NCBI GenBank assembly: GCA_943704415.1
Contig: CALSCO010000718.1
Location: forward strand, 1 to 40,240
Length of the DNA: 40,240 bases
From: Parvularia atlantis
Taxonomy: Eukaryota
Reading direction: 5' to 3'
The notes under the pieces are model-generated. The model did no database searches. It was not told where the DNA came from and worked only from the letters and a program-made list of their open reading frames with translations. Position numbers and translations under genes: made by a program. This document shows positions 1 to 11,177 of this stretch, one piece after another (position 1 is the first letter of the stretch; every line of letters starts with the position of its first letter).

Positions 1-47
1 GGGGGGGGCCGCGGTGAACGCACGGCTGATGTGACGAGTGCAACTAG

Positions 48-610
48 GTCGTCAACAACAAGATGCCCGACTTTTACCGCGAGTACGTCAACGACGTGCA
101 GCGCATCATCGAGGAGAACGCGCGGCTCGAGTTTGAGTGTCTGTGGGCGGTGCGTGGCAGGAGAGCGCGCGATGACGGCGTGGCTGACGGGTGGACGGGC
201 GCAGGAGCACGAGCGCACCAAGACCGCGCGCTCGATCCTGTCGGACGTCCTGTCCAACTCGATTCTCAAGATGGCCCACGAGATGGCCACGAGCGGCTTC
301 TGGGAGGACGAGGGTGCGTCCCCGCGCGTGTGTCCTCGCCGCCGTGTCTCGCTCACAACCTCGCGCAGCGCTGCGGAAAGCTGTGCTCTCGCGCGCCTTC
401 CCCAAGACCCTGCTCAAGAAGCTCGGCTACGACACGCTCCTGCAGCGCATCCCGGACGCGTACCTCAAGGCGATCTTCCACTCGCACCTCGCCTCGCGCT
501 TCGTCTACCAGTACGGCACCGAGCCGTCGCAGTTTGCCTTCTTCCAGTTCATGTCGCAGTACATGCAAGCACACGAGGCCGCCCTCAAGGCCTCGGCCGC
601 GTCGGCATAA
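48..610 (+). CDS. GDH2: NAD-specific glutamate dehydrogenase, C-terminal exons (5'-truncated)
   Basis: Exons 48-149, 205-313, 369-610, joined by two 55-nt GT-AG introns. They give ...PDFYREYVNDVQRIIEENARLEFECLW...RIPDAYLKAIFHSHLASRFVYQYG...SQFAFFQFMS, the recognisable C-terminus of large fungal/protist NAD-GDH. Stop is TAA. Confidence 0.9.
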
Positions 611-677
611 TAAGCCTCTGTGTGCCGCGGCGTGGACCATCATGTGTGCGTGTTGTGTGTTGCGGTGGGGCAGCGAC

Positions 678-893
678 TTGAAGGTCCATCGACGTGAGCG
701 TCGTGTTGCTCATGAGGGCGTCCGCCATGGACGGCTTGAACGACGAGAGGACGGCGGCGACGACAACGGCCGCAAACTAGAAGGTGATCCAGAAGACGAC
801 GTGCACCGCGCGTCCGACAGGCCGCCACCGCTGTAGATGAACAGCACGAGCAGCTCCTGCGCTTCGCTGTGAGCGCGCACTGAACAACTTCAT
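678..893 (-). pseudogene. possible degraded coding relic (hydrophobic stretch plus LRR-like fragment)
   Basis: Coding-like codons give ELLVLFIYSGGGLSDA, then a frameshift, then VHVVFWITF*FAAVVVAAVLSSFKPSMADALMSNTTLTSMDLQ with an in-frame TAG at 779-777. I found no clean splice solution. Confidence 0.3.
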
Positions 894-1086
894 GCTGCTT
901 GATGGCGAGGCAGGCGTGGCGCGCTGGACGACGGTTCTCTGCTCATCCGCTGCGTCCGTGGTGTTGCTGTCTCGCGCCTGTCGACGGCACCATCGTTGCG
1001 ACCAGTCGCTACGCGCACTTGAGTGCTGCTGTTCAGTTCAGTTGTGAGCTGTCGTTCTGTCTGTGGCTCCACCGTGACGGTTGTGC

Positions 1087-2099
1087 TCATGGGGAAGACA
1101 AGTCAATCGCAGGGCGCTTGACGAGGCGTGATCGTGGCCCGGCTGACCGCACCGGCGACGAGCTGGCCGTAACAAGCGCGGCCTCGTCCTCGTCGTCGAC
1201 GACAAAGCCCGACAGGTCCGACGACGAAGGCGAGCCCGCGTGTCCTCTTGGCCGCGCCGGCGTGCCCTCGCTCGACAGGTCGCGCGCCCCTGCGATCGCT
1301 CGCGCGAGCACGTCGTCGTCCGCCTCGTCTACGTGGTCGTCCGACCACACGACGCCGCCGTCACTCGAGGGCGCCTGCACGGGCTGTGCTCCCAGTGGTG
1401 GTGGAGGTGCCGGCGCTAAGCGCCCGCGCGTGCGGATCATCCTGGCGGCGCGCACGCAGTGTGAGGTGCAAGCTTGCACGTTGCACGCCACACGCACCGG
1501 ATAACGCTGCGCGGCGTCGGCGGCACGTCGCGCGCAGGGCTGAAGAGTGAGCGCCGATACACGGCCTGCATCCCTTCCTGGTCGTCCACCGCCGCGCTCG
1601 CGCCCGACTCGTCGCCCACGACAAAGCCGTCGCCGTCCTCGCCGTCCTCGTCTTCGTCCTCGCCTTCCTCCTCCTCCTCGCCGTCTGACCCGGCCTCCTC
1701 GTCCAGGAACTTGCGGCTCGCGTGGGTTCTTGGGCGCTTGGCCAGCGGCACATCCGGCGAGCTCTCCACTGGCGGTGCTGGTTGTGCTGGTTGTGCTGGT
1801 TGTGCTGGTTGTGCTGATGGTGGCTGAGCTGGTGCTGGTTGCGGAGGACGGGGCACGGTCTCGCCGTCGCGCTCGACACGGAGGCGCAGCTTTAGCGTGA
1901 GCGAGCCAGCACGAGTCGCAGGTGCCGGTGCAGGTGCCGACGGCGGTGCAGGCGCGGGTGGAGCGGGTGGAGCGGGTGCAGGTGTCGCCGCAGGCACAGC
2001 GGGAGGCGGCGCATCAATGCCCGGCGTCGCGACGGACCGCTCAATGCGCTCGATCGACTGCAGCGTCGCGGCGTCCAGCTCAAAGTCCATTAAATCCTG

Positions 2100-2145
<46 letters not shown>

Positions 2146-5100
2146 AGCACCACACCGCTGTCCTCGGCGTCCTTGACCGCGGCCGGCGCGCGCTGAATAT
2201 CATCGTCGTCGTCGCTGTCGAGCTGGCTGAGGTTGATGCCTGCGAGCACGTCTTCGGCGATCCCGAGCACGTCCTCGGCAATCTCGGCGATCTCGGGCGA
2301 GGCCGGGTCCGAGTCGAGCATCGAGACGTTCGCCACCGCTTCGGTCGCCACCACCACCGCAGCCGGAGCCTCGTCGTCCGAGTCGGGTGCGAGGAGCGAC
2401 GCGAGGTGCGGCGGAAAGACATGCGCCCAGCTAACGGCGCACGCCGCGTCCAGCCGCCGCACGACCTCGTCCGCGTCCAGCCGCTGCACAGGCACCGCAA
2501 CGTCTCGCACGAGGTCGGACTCTCGCAGCCGCACGCCAAGCACGTCCTCGGTCGAAGGCAAGTCGTTGTCGTCGTCGTCGTCCCACACGAGCTTGCACGG
2601 CAGGATGGGCTCAACCGTCGCGTCGCCGTCCTCGCTGCCGCCGGGCTCGCTGCCAGCCGCGGCCACCGGCGAGCGCGGCAGCAGGGGTGCGGGTCGCGGG
2701 CCGCTGACGGCGTTCGCAATCGACGGCGGCAGGTCAAAGTCGTCGCTCTGCGCGAGCGGCAAACGTCAGACCGAGTGCCACCGTCGCAGCCAGGGCTCGC
2801 ACACCCCGTCGCTGCCGTCGAGCATCGATCGCGATGGCACGGCTGGCCACACGAGCGACGCGCCCGCGTCGCGGCTGTACACGCTCTCGGCCATCATCGC
2901 CGCGGTCGGGCCGACGTCACCGAGGCTGCGTACGCGCTCCATGCGCGCGTCGTACGCGTCGGCGTCATCGGTCTTGAGCCGCTCGGTCAGCTTCAGGATG
3001 CTGCGGCCGTGTGAGGGAGGCGCAGCAAGGGTGCGAGACGAGGCCCGCGCACCGCATGAACGCCGCGCACCGCTCCGAGTGCTCGACCGCATGCACAGCC
3101 GACGGGAAGCTCTGCCAGACCATCGTTTCGGCACTCGGCAGCAGCGGCACAAGCAGCTCGGGCGTCTCGCTGTCGGGCAGCTGGTACTTGCGCGACCACT
3201 CGCGCAGCTCGTCCGTCGTCAGATACGGCCCCTTGCGCCTGTGCATGCGCAGCAGTCAGGAGGACGGGCAGTCGCGCGAGCGCAGCACGCACACGCTCGC
3301 GGTGGCCTTGGCACGCGCCCGCGTCGCTGCGTTGGTCGGTGTGGGCGGGATGGTGAGGACGACCTTGTTGACGACGGGGCTAAAGGCGGCGGGGATCATG
3401 CGCGGGTTGTGCTCGTAGTACGTGAACTGGCCGGCCGCGATCACGCGCTGCACCGACTTGACCGTGCCCTGGCTGCGCCGGTACGAGCCCTCCTCGCGGC
3501 CCTCGGTCATGAGCATGACGATGCGGCCCTGTGCGCGTTTGTGCGGGAGTTGGTGGGCGGTAAATAGGCCGGTCGGGACGCGTACGCACCTTGCGCGCGC
3601 GGCCCGTGCGGCCCATGCGCTGGAGCATGCGCGTGGGCGACGACTGCGCGTCAAAGCACACGATCAGGTCGACCTCGCCAATGTCCAGGCCCTCCTCGCC
3701 GATCGACGTGCACACGAGCGTGTTGTACCCGCCCGCCTTGAAGTCGCTCACGACCTTGAGCTGCTCCTGCTGCGTCAGGCCCTTGGTGCGTGCGGACCCC
3801 TGTGTGCCGCACGTGCGCGTGAGACACGACGGCTGAGCAGCGCGTGCGCACGGTACCTGCCCGATGAAGCCCATCGGCTTGACGACGCTGGACGCGCGCC
3901 TGAGCGCCCGCACAATCTCGTCGACTGAGTGTCGGAACTGCGAGAAGACCATGACGCGCGTCGATTGCGGCGTCTCGTGCTCGCGAAAGTGCGCGTCGAC
4001 CACGCTCACGAGCTTGTCGACCTTCGGGTGCCCGCTGTAGTCGGCCAGGGCCACCTGTGCGCCGTGTTACGCGCTGCTGGTCGCACACGCGAGGAAGCGC
4101 ACCTTCTCGGACAGCTCGGCCATCAGGTTTGCGTACTCGGGCCGCCGCAGCAGGTCCGCCTTGGACCGGCTCAGGCGGCGGTCCGGATTGTCCTCCTCCG
4201 CAAACGACTGCGCCGCCCGCGTGAGCTCCGCGCGCACATGGGGCTGCACGCACCTGCAAAAAGTAAAAGAATGCGCGCACGCCGTGCTGGTGCAGCAGGT
4301 TGTACGCGTGCGAGAGCGACATGACCACGCCAAAGTCGCCCAGCACGATGCTCGGGTCGAAGCGTGACGACCCCTGCATGCGCGCATGTCAGCAGCGGCT
4401 CGCGCGGGCACTGCGCGGCGCAGACGCACCCCGCGCTCGGCCTTGGCCGTGTAGGTCTCGCGCGAGCGCGTGAGCACCATCAGGTTGACCTTCTCGGGGT
4501 CGCTGATGTTCATCGCGCCGGCCTGCGACAGCCGCTGCAGAAACGGGCCCATCAGTGCGCGGAAGCGCTCGCGCACGCGCTGCAGCTCCTGCGACATCGG
4601 CACCACAATCTTCTCGACCTGTCCCGCGTCGCGCGCGTTCAGCTTGTCTTTGCGGCGCCACACCAAACGCACCTGCCGCCCGTGCACGTACGGCGCCACG
4701 TCGAGCGAGTTCTCGGAGCGGTACTCGAGGTGCGCGATCAGCAGGTTGCTCACGACCTGCTGGATGCTCTGCGAGTCGGCGCCCGGCGTCGCCGACAGCG
4801 CGAGCACGCGGAACTCGGTCGTGTGCGCGAGCATGCGCCGCACGACCTCACAGTAGGCATAGTTGCCCTGCGCGCTGCGAGCGTGGGATGAGCTCTGCGC
4901 GCGCGTGTCTGCGCGCGCGTGTGTGTGTAGTGTGCGCCACGCACCGGTGCGCCTCGTCGACCACGACGCACACGACCGACGCCGCCGGGCACACGCCGCG
5001 CTCGAGGTCGCGCTGCATCACCTGCGGCGTCAGGAAAAACACGCGCTTGCTCGCCCAGATCGCCGGGCGCTTGTCCGAGGCGACCGCGCCCGTCAGCTCG

Positions 5101-5826
5101 GCCGTCTGCGTGAACGATCAGCCGGCGCCGACGCACGGGCAGCAGCAGGGCGCGACGCACGTCCTCGGGCGGGATGCCGGTGATGCGGCGGCACGCGTGC
5201 ACCTGCTGCGCCACGAGCGGCTTGGTCGGGGCCATGAACACGAGCTTGCCGGTCGGGAACCAGCGGTAGAAGTTGTACATGACCACGGCCGCGATGAACG
5301 TCTTGCCGAGGCCCGTCGGCAGCGACACGAGCGTATTCTTCAGCAGCGCTGCCCGCCGCGATCGAGTCAGCAAACGTGCACGACGGCGCACGACGGGCGC
5401 GCCGCACCCTGGTGGATGATGTGGAACTGGTAGTCGCGCACGCTCTGGTTGATCGGGAAGATCCACGTGTCGCCCTTGGACGCGTCAAACGCCGCGGCGC
5501 TCGCGCGCGGCACAAACGGCACGGGCGCATCCGACAGCGCCGCGCGCGCCGACACCGGGGCGGCAGGCGCAGGCCGCGCGCCGATCGTGCCCGAGAACAC
5601 TGCGCGGGCGATCAGCGAGGTTGTGAGCGAGCGGCATCGCACGGCTCTGCTCGTCGTCGCCGCCCGCCTCGGCATCGCCGTCCGCGCCGTCAGCCCAGTC
5701 GGCGTCGTCGGCGTCGCCGGCGTCGCCGGCCGGCGCCAGCCACGCCGCGTCCTCGTCGGACGCGTCCAGCGCGGAGGTGGCGCGACCAGCCGGGCCACGT
5801 CGGCAATATGAGCGGGACCCGCGCAT
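1087..5826 (-). CDS. FANCM: FANCM/Mph1-family DEAH helicase (start uncertain: ATG 5826 or CTG 5769)
   Basis: Spliced product has [14 protein letters not shown] (motif I), [46 protein letters not shown] and QRMGRTGR, then a long acidic/Pro-rich tail ending in TGA at 1089-1087. About 13 GT-AG introns. Confidence 0.93.
2101..2142. repeat. (TCGGCG)7 hexanucleotide repeat encoding poly-(AD) in FANCM
   Basis: Read directly from the sequence. Confidence 0.9.
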
Positions 5827-8363
5827 GGCCGGTCGGATGCGCCGCGCGCTCGCGCTCGTCCTGGTCGCGCTGGCCGTGCTCGTCGTGCTCAACGTGCTCG
5901 TGCTGCCGGGCCTGGTGCCGGACCCCACCGCTGCCTCCGCCTCTGCCGGGGACGCGCCGGCGGCCGCGAGCGGGGCGACGGTGGCGGTGTGGCTCGATGG
6001 CGCACCGAGCGCGGCCGCCTCGACGGGGCTGCTGGCGGCGCTCAACGCGAGCGATGCGGCGGCCGCGCCGAGTGTGCGGCGCGTGCTGTTTGTGAGCAGC
6101 GCGCGTGAGCCGGACGTGTGCGGGCACGTGCGCGACGCGCTGGGCTTGCGGCGGCCGCGGTGGACGGTGCTGTGCGCGCGGCCGTACGCGCCGTGGACGG
6201 CGGCCGAGGTGGTGCGGCAGGCGTCGGGGCTGGCAAGCGGCGGCGGCGGCGGCGGGGGCGTCGTGCTGCTGCTGTCGGGGCGCGTGGGGCTGATGCAGCC
6301 GTCGGACGACGACGATCACGACGACGGCGGCCTGCTGAGGGCGATCGCCGCGGCGGCGCACGGACTGACGCACTCGGGCGCGGTGCTGGGCGCGCCGCTG
6401 TTGGTGCGGGCCGGGTCGAGCGTGGTGCAGTCGGCGGGCGTGTTGGTGGCGCGCGCGGCGATGTCGGTGCGGGCGGACGGGCGCGAGGTGGCGCGAGGCA
6501 ACACGTTTGTGCCGGTGCCGCGGCTGGCGGGCGTCGACCGCACGGTGCGTGGCCGTGCTGCTCGCTTGCTCGCTGCTCGCTGACAATGGCAGAGCTCGGC
6601 CGTGGCTGTGGGCGCGGCCGTCACCACGGTCACGGCGGACGCGGTGCTGTTCCTGTCGGGGTGGTACGGCGCGCTGGACGACGACGCCAAGCTACTGCTG
6701 GCGCCGCTCGACCGCGACGCGTTCTGGGCCGCGGCAGCAGCAAGTACGCTGCGGCACGGTGACGTCCGCGTGCGTTCACGCGGTCGGGTGTGGGGTGCGC
6801 TCGCTGACCGGCTTCGAGCAGTACATGCCGCAGCTGGCCTTGGCGGTGGACGAGTCGGTTGAGCTGCAGCCCGGGTCAGGGTGCGCGTGCGCTCGCTCGC
6901 CTGCATGGACTGCACGCTGACCGCTCGCCATCGTAGGACGTCGCAGGAGGCACAAGAGTGGCTTGCGATGCTGCACGCGACCTCGCACAAGTGCGACGTC
7001 GCCGTCGGTGCGAGTGTCGCTCCCGCTGCCCTTGCCGAACCAAATGCGCGCACTGCAGTGTGGGACGGGTACCTCAACGACTGCACGGGCTGGGCGAGCG
7101 AGGCGATCAGCTTTCTCGTCGAGCTCGAGCAGGTGCGCTTTCGCCCGCGCTTCGTACGCACACACTCAGCCCCGTCGCAGCACCTGCGCTTCCTGGCGAT
7201 CGTCGCAGACGACTCGTTCTGCCCGGGCTACCCGGCGTGGGTGCGCGACGCGCTGCACCGGCTGCGGACGGTGACGCTGCCCGACGAGGTGTGCGCACGC
7301 TGTGCCGTGCCTCGCCGTCTTGCTCACTGCGCCATCGCAGATCGACGTGTGGGTGTCGCACAAGCCGCCGCCGTCGTACCCGCGCTTCCCGTACAACGGC
7401 CTGCGACGCGTGGAGAGGCGGCCGCGCGTGGTCGTGGGGCGCTCGATGATCGAGTCGGTCGACATGCCGGCGGCGTGGCGCGGGCACAGCGAGCGCGTGG
7501 ACGAGGTCTGGGTGCCGTCGTCGTTCCTGCTCGACGTCTTTGTGCGCGGCGGCGTGCCGCCGTCCAAGCTCGTGCTGGTGCCCGAGGCCGTGGACGTGCA
7601 CCTGTTTGACCCGTCGCGCACGGCGCCGCTGGCCCTGCCGCAGCGGCGCGCGTTCAACTTTTTGTCGATCTTCAAGTGGGAGGAGCGCAAGGGCTACGAC
7701 GTGCTGCTGCAGGCCTACGCCAGCGCGTTCACGGCCGACGACGACGTGTGCCTGTACCTGCACACGTACCTGTACGCGGGCGCGACGGCGGCCGAGCGGC
7801 GCAACTCGACGCATCTGCACGGGCTCGCGGTGACGGCGATGCGCGCGCACGACCCGGCCGTGCCGCCCGAGCGCCTGCCGTGCGTCGCCGTGCTGACGGA
7901 CCTGCTGCCGCGGGGCGACATGCCGCGGCTGTACCGCGCGGCCGACGCGTTCGTGCTGCCGACGCGCGGCGAGGGCTGGGGCCTGCCGCTGATGGAGGCG
8001 ATGGCAATGGGCCTGCCGACGGTCGCGACCAACGTGCGCCGTGGCTTCTCATGCTCGCGCGTGCGCTGATGATGTGCCGCGCAGTTCTCGGGCCAGCTCG
8101 ACTTTCTCGACGAGCGCACGGGCTACCTGATCGCGGTTGAGGCGATGGAGCCGCCGTCGAGCGCGGCGTACGACCCGGCGCTGCGGTGGGCGCGCGCGTC
8201 GTGGCAGCACCTCGCGCAGCTGATGCGTGCGATCGTCGCCGTCCCGTCCGCCGCGGCCGCACGGGGCGCCGCAGCGCGCCGGCGCGTCGTTGAGGGCTTC
8301 AACGAGGCGCGTGTCGCCCGCACTATCGCCGAGCGCCTTGTACAGCTCAAAGGGCAACGATAG
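5825..8363 (+). CDS. membrane-anchored glycosyltransferase, GT4/Glycos_transf_1-like (alternative start ATG 5837)
   Basis: N-terminal signal anchor RRALALVLVALAVLVVLNVLVL. C-terminal GT-B motifs VDEVWVPS, FLSIFKWEERKGYDVLL and ADAFVLPTRGEGWGLPLMEAMAMGLP (EX7E). About 7 GT-AG introns; stop is TAG at 8361-8363. Confidence 0.85.
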
Positions 8364-8404
8364 ACAACCTCATTGTGTATACTGAAGACGATCGATCACC
8401 CAGC

Positions 8405-8994
8405 ATGGCGGTGCGGAGAGCGGCCGCCTTCCCTCGCTCGCTTGCCTCCCTCATTCGCGACTGACGCGCGCTGCCCTCCGCACCGCTCCGACACCTGCGC
8501 CTCGTCCACCATCCGTCCCGATGCACCGCCCACTCGATCGCTCGCGCACCCGCTGCATCGCAGGAGGCGATCGTCGTCGGCAGCCCGTACAGCCCACTCG
8601 TCGGCGCCAGCAGCTACCCGCTGCTCGCGCTGCTGTTGCTCGCGATCGGGCTGGTCGCGTCGGCCAACTTTATGTCGTGCGTGTGGTCATGTGGGGTCTG
8701 CGGGTGCGGGTGCGGATGTGTGGCGAGGCAGGGCAGTCTGTGCTTGTGCGTGTGGTCTTGTGGGCTCGCGAGGGCAGGGCAGTCCGTGCTGATGCTGTGC
8801 ATTGCGCTCGCGCAACACGGCTCACACGCGCTCGCCCGCTACGCCCCCGCGCGCGCCCGCACCGCAGCTACGAGCTGCAGGTGACCAAGTTCAACCGCAA
8901 GCTCGCGCGCGAGCTGCAGCTGGCCGTACCTGCGGCGGCGTTCCTGGCGATGGGGACGCTGTACCTCTTCCTCTCCGTCGGGCTCTACGTCTGA
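8405..8994 (+). CDS. TMEM258: oligosaccharyltransferase subunit OST5/TMEM258
   Basis: Exons 8405-8410, 8564-8676, 8868-8994 give MAEAIVVGSPYSPLVGASSYPLLALLLLAIGLVASANFMSYELQVTKFNRKLARELQLAVPAAAFLAMGTLYLFLSVGLYV. It has two TM segments and the family's VG(I/L)YV C-terminus. Confidence 0.88.
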
Positions 8995-9083
8995 TCCGTG
9001 TGCAGTGCTGCGCCGCTTCACGTGCTGCTGCACCCCGTCCCGCTTAGAGAAAGGCTCGCAGTGTGCCCTGGCGTATTCCCAGC

Positions 9084-11144
9084 ATGGCAGCAGTGCGGCG
9101 CATCGCCGCTGTCTCGGCCGCCCTCCCGCGGCGCGCGGCGATGAGCACGGCGCGGCTGCTGCCGGAGGAGGTGCGCACCACGTCAGCCCGGGCCGTCACG
9201 CTCAGCACGGCGGACGGCAGATGACGGACGTGCGCTTCAACCCGGAGCTGGCCCAGTCGGCCGCGACCAACGTGCCCGAGGTGCTGCTGCACGGCAGCTC
9301 GCACACGCGCGCCATCACCCTCAACCGCCCCAAGGCGCTCAACGCGCTCACCCTCCCGATGGTCCGCGAGATGACGCGCCTGCTGCGGGTGCGCGCCCCC
9401 CGCCTCGTGCGCCTCGTCTGCTCGGCGCTCACGATCAACGCGCAGATGCTCGAGCCGGCCACGGGCAGCGCCACGACGGTCATCATCCAGGCCGCCGGCC
9501 GCAAGGCGTTCTGTGCAGGCGGCGACGTGCGCGGTTCGTGCTGCCCGCATCGACATCCTGCGCTGATCAGCCGCGCAGCGATCGCCGAGGCCGCGCAGAA
9601 GCGCGACGCGCTCGTGCGCGACTTTTTCGCGGAAGAGTACAACCTCAACTTCCTCATGGGCACGTACACCAAGCCGCTGATCGCGTTCATGGACGGCATC
9701 ACCAGTGGCGTACCGCGGTCGCACGTTGCTGCCGCTTGCTGCTCACGCGGTCGGCGGCGGCGGCAGTGGGCGGCGGCGTCGGCATCTCGGTCCACGGCAT
9801 GTTCCGCATCGCGACCGAGAATACGGTCTTCGCCATGCCCGGTGCGCAGCGCGCGTGCATCCGCTCGCCTTGCCGCCGACCGCACCGCCCAGAGACCGGC
9901 ATCGGCCTCTTCCCGGACGTCGGCGGCTCGTTTTTCCTCTCGCGCATGGACGGCCAGCTGGGCATGTACCTCGCGCTGACGGGCAGCCGCCTAAAGGGCA
10001 TTGAGACCTTGTGCGCCGCGCCGCGTGCACCACCATCCGCGCAACGCACATTCACCACCCTCGCCGCTGCAGCAAGGCCGGTATCGCCACGCACTACGTC
10101 CCGTCCAACATGCTCAGCACGCTCGAGCAGCGCCTGGGCCAGATCCAGTTCAAGACGGGCGCGCACGTGGCCACCGTGATTGACGAGCTGACGAGCGAGG
10201 ACGTCTTCCGCCGTTGCGTGGCGCGCCTGCCTGACGGCACCGCACGCTCACATCCGCGCAGAGTTTGAGATCAAGCACCGCGCGGAGATCGACGAGGTCT
10301 TCTCGGCGTCGAGCGTCGAGGAGATCATTGCACGCCTGAACGAGCGCAAGGCACGCCGCCGCTGACCCGACACGCGCACAAGCCCAGCTGACAGGCGCGC
10401 TCGCAGGACATGTCAGATTGGGCGGCCGACACGCTCGGCAAGCTGTACCGCATGTCGCCCACGAGCCTCAAGGTGACCTTTGAGCAGATCCGCCGCGGCT
10501 CCAAGCTGGACTTTGACCAGTGCTTCGAGATGGAGTACCGCCTGACGCAGCGGATATGCAACGTGCGCGCGCTGTGTGGCCCCGCGCACGCACGCACGGC
10601 CTGACACACTTCGCAGCCCAAGCGCACCGACTTTTTCGAGGGCGTGCGCGCGGTGCTGATCGACAAGGACATGAAGCCGCGCTGGAAGCCCGCGAGCCTA
10701 GCCGAGGTGTCGGACGCGATGGTCGCGGAGATGTTTGAGCCGGTGTGCATCACCTCGACGCGCATCCATCGCAGCTCGCTCACGCGCCGTGCAGCTGTCG
10801 ATCGAACGAGACGGCGTGCGCGACCTGCAGCTGCAGAAGCGCACGACATTCCCGCAGTACCCGACCATGTACCGCCTGCCGCCGGAGGAGATCATCCTCG
10901 ACTTTATCCGCGGCGAGAAGGTGCGCGCGCCGCGCTTGAGACGTCCATCGCTCACTCACACGCCGTGCGCTGTCGTCACAAGGAGGTGAACGCGGACCAG
11001 CTGCTGCGCCTCGTCACGGTGCAGTCGGGCCAAAAGGCCGGCGTCCAGCAGCACGTCAGAGAGATCCTCTCGCGCCGCTGCCAGATCGTCAGCCACCCGG
11101 CCACGCACCGCAAGCGCCTCGTTGTGAAGAGCGAGCACGTCTGA
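9084..11144 (+). CDS. HIBCH: mitochondrial 3-hydroxyisobutyryl-CoA hydrolase (HIBCH/EHD3)
   Basis: Arg/Ala-rich presequence [21 protein letters not shown]. Motifs [50 protein letters not shown] and [14 protein letters not shown]. About 11 introns, one of them GC-AG. Confidence 0.93.
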
Positions 11145-11177
11145 TGTGGCTCGCCCCACACGGCACAAACACACGGC

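Noticed and set aside
777..779. In-frame TAG as a sign of genetic-code reassignment
   Set aside because: TAA, TAG and TGA all end genuine genes here, and no conserved gene needs an internal stop once spliced.
348..5631. Identical 17-mer CTCGCTCACAACCTCGC in a GDH2 intron (348-364) and FANCM intron 1 (5631-5615), as evidence of introner elements
   Set aside because: It includes the common branch motif, the remainder of the two introns differs, and one such match in 40 kb of biased sequence is plausible by chance. I saw no intron family by eye.
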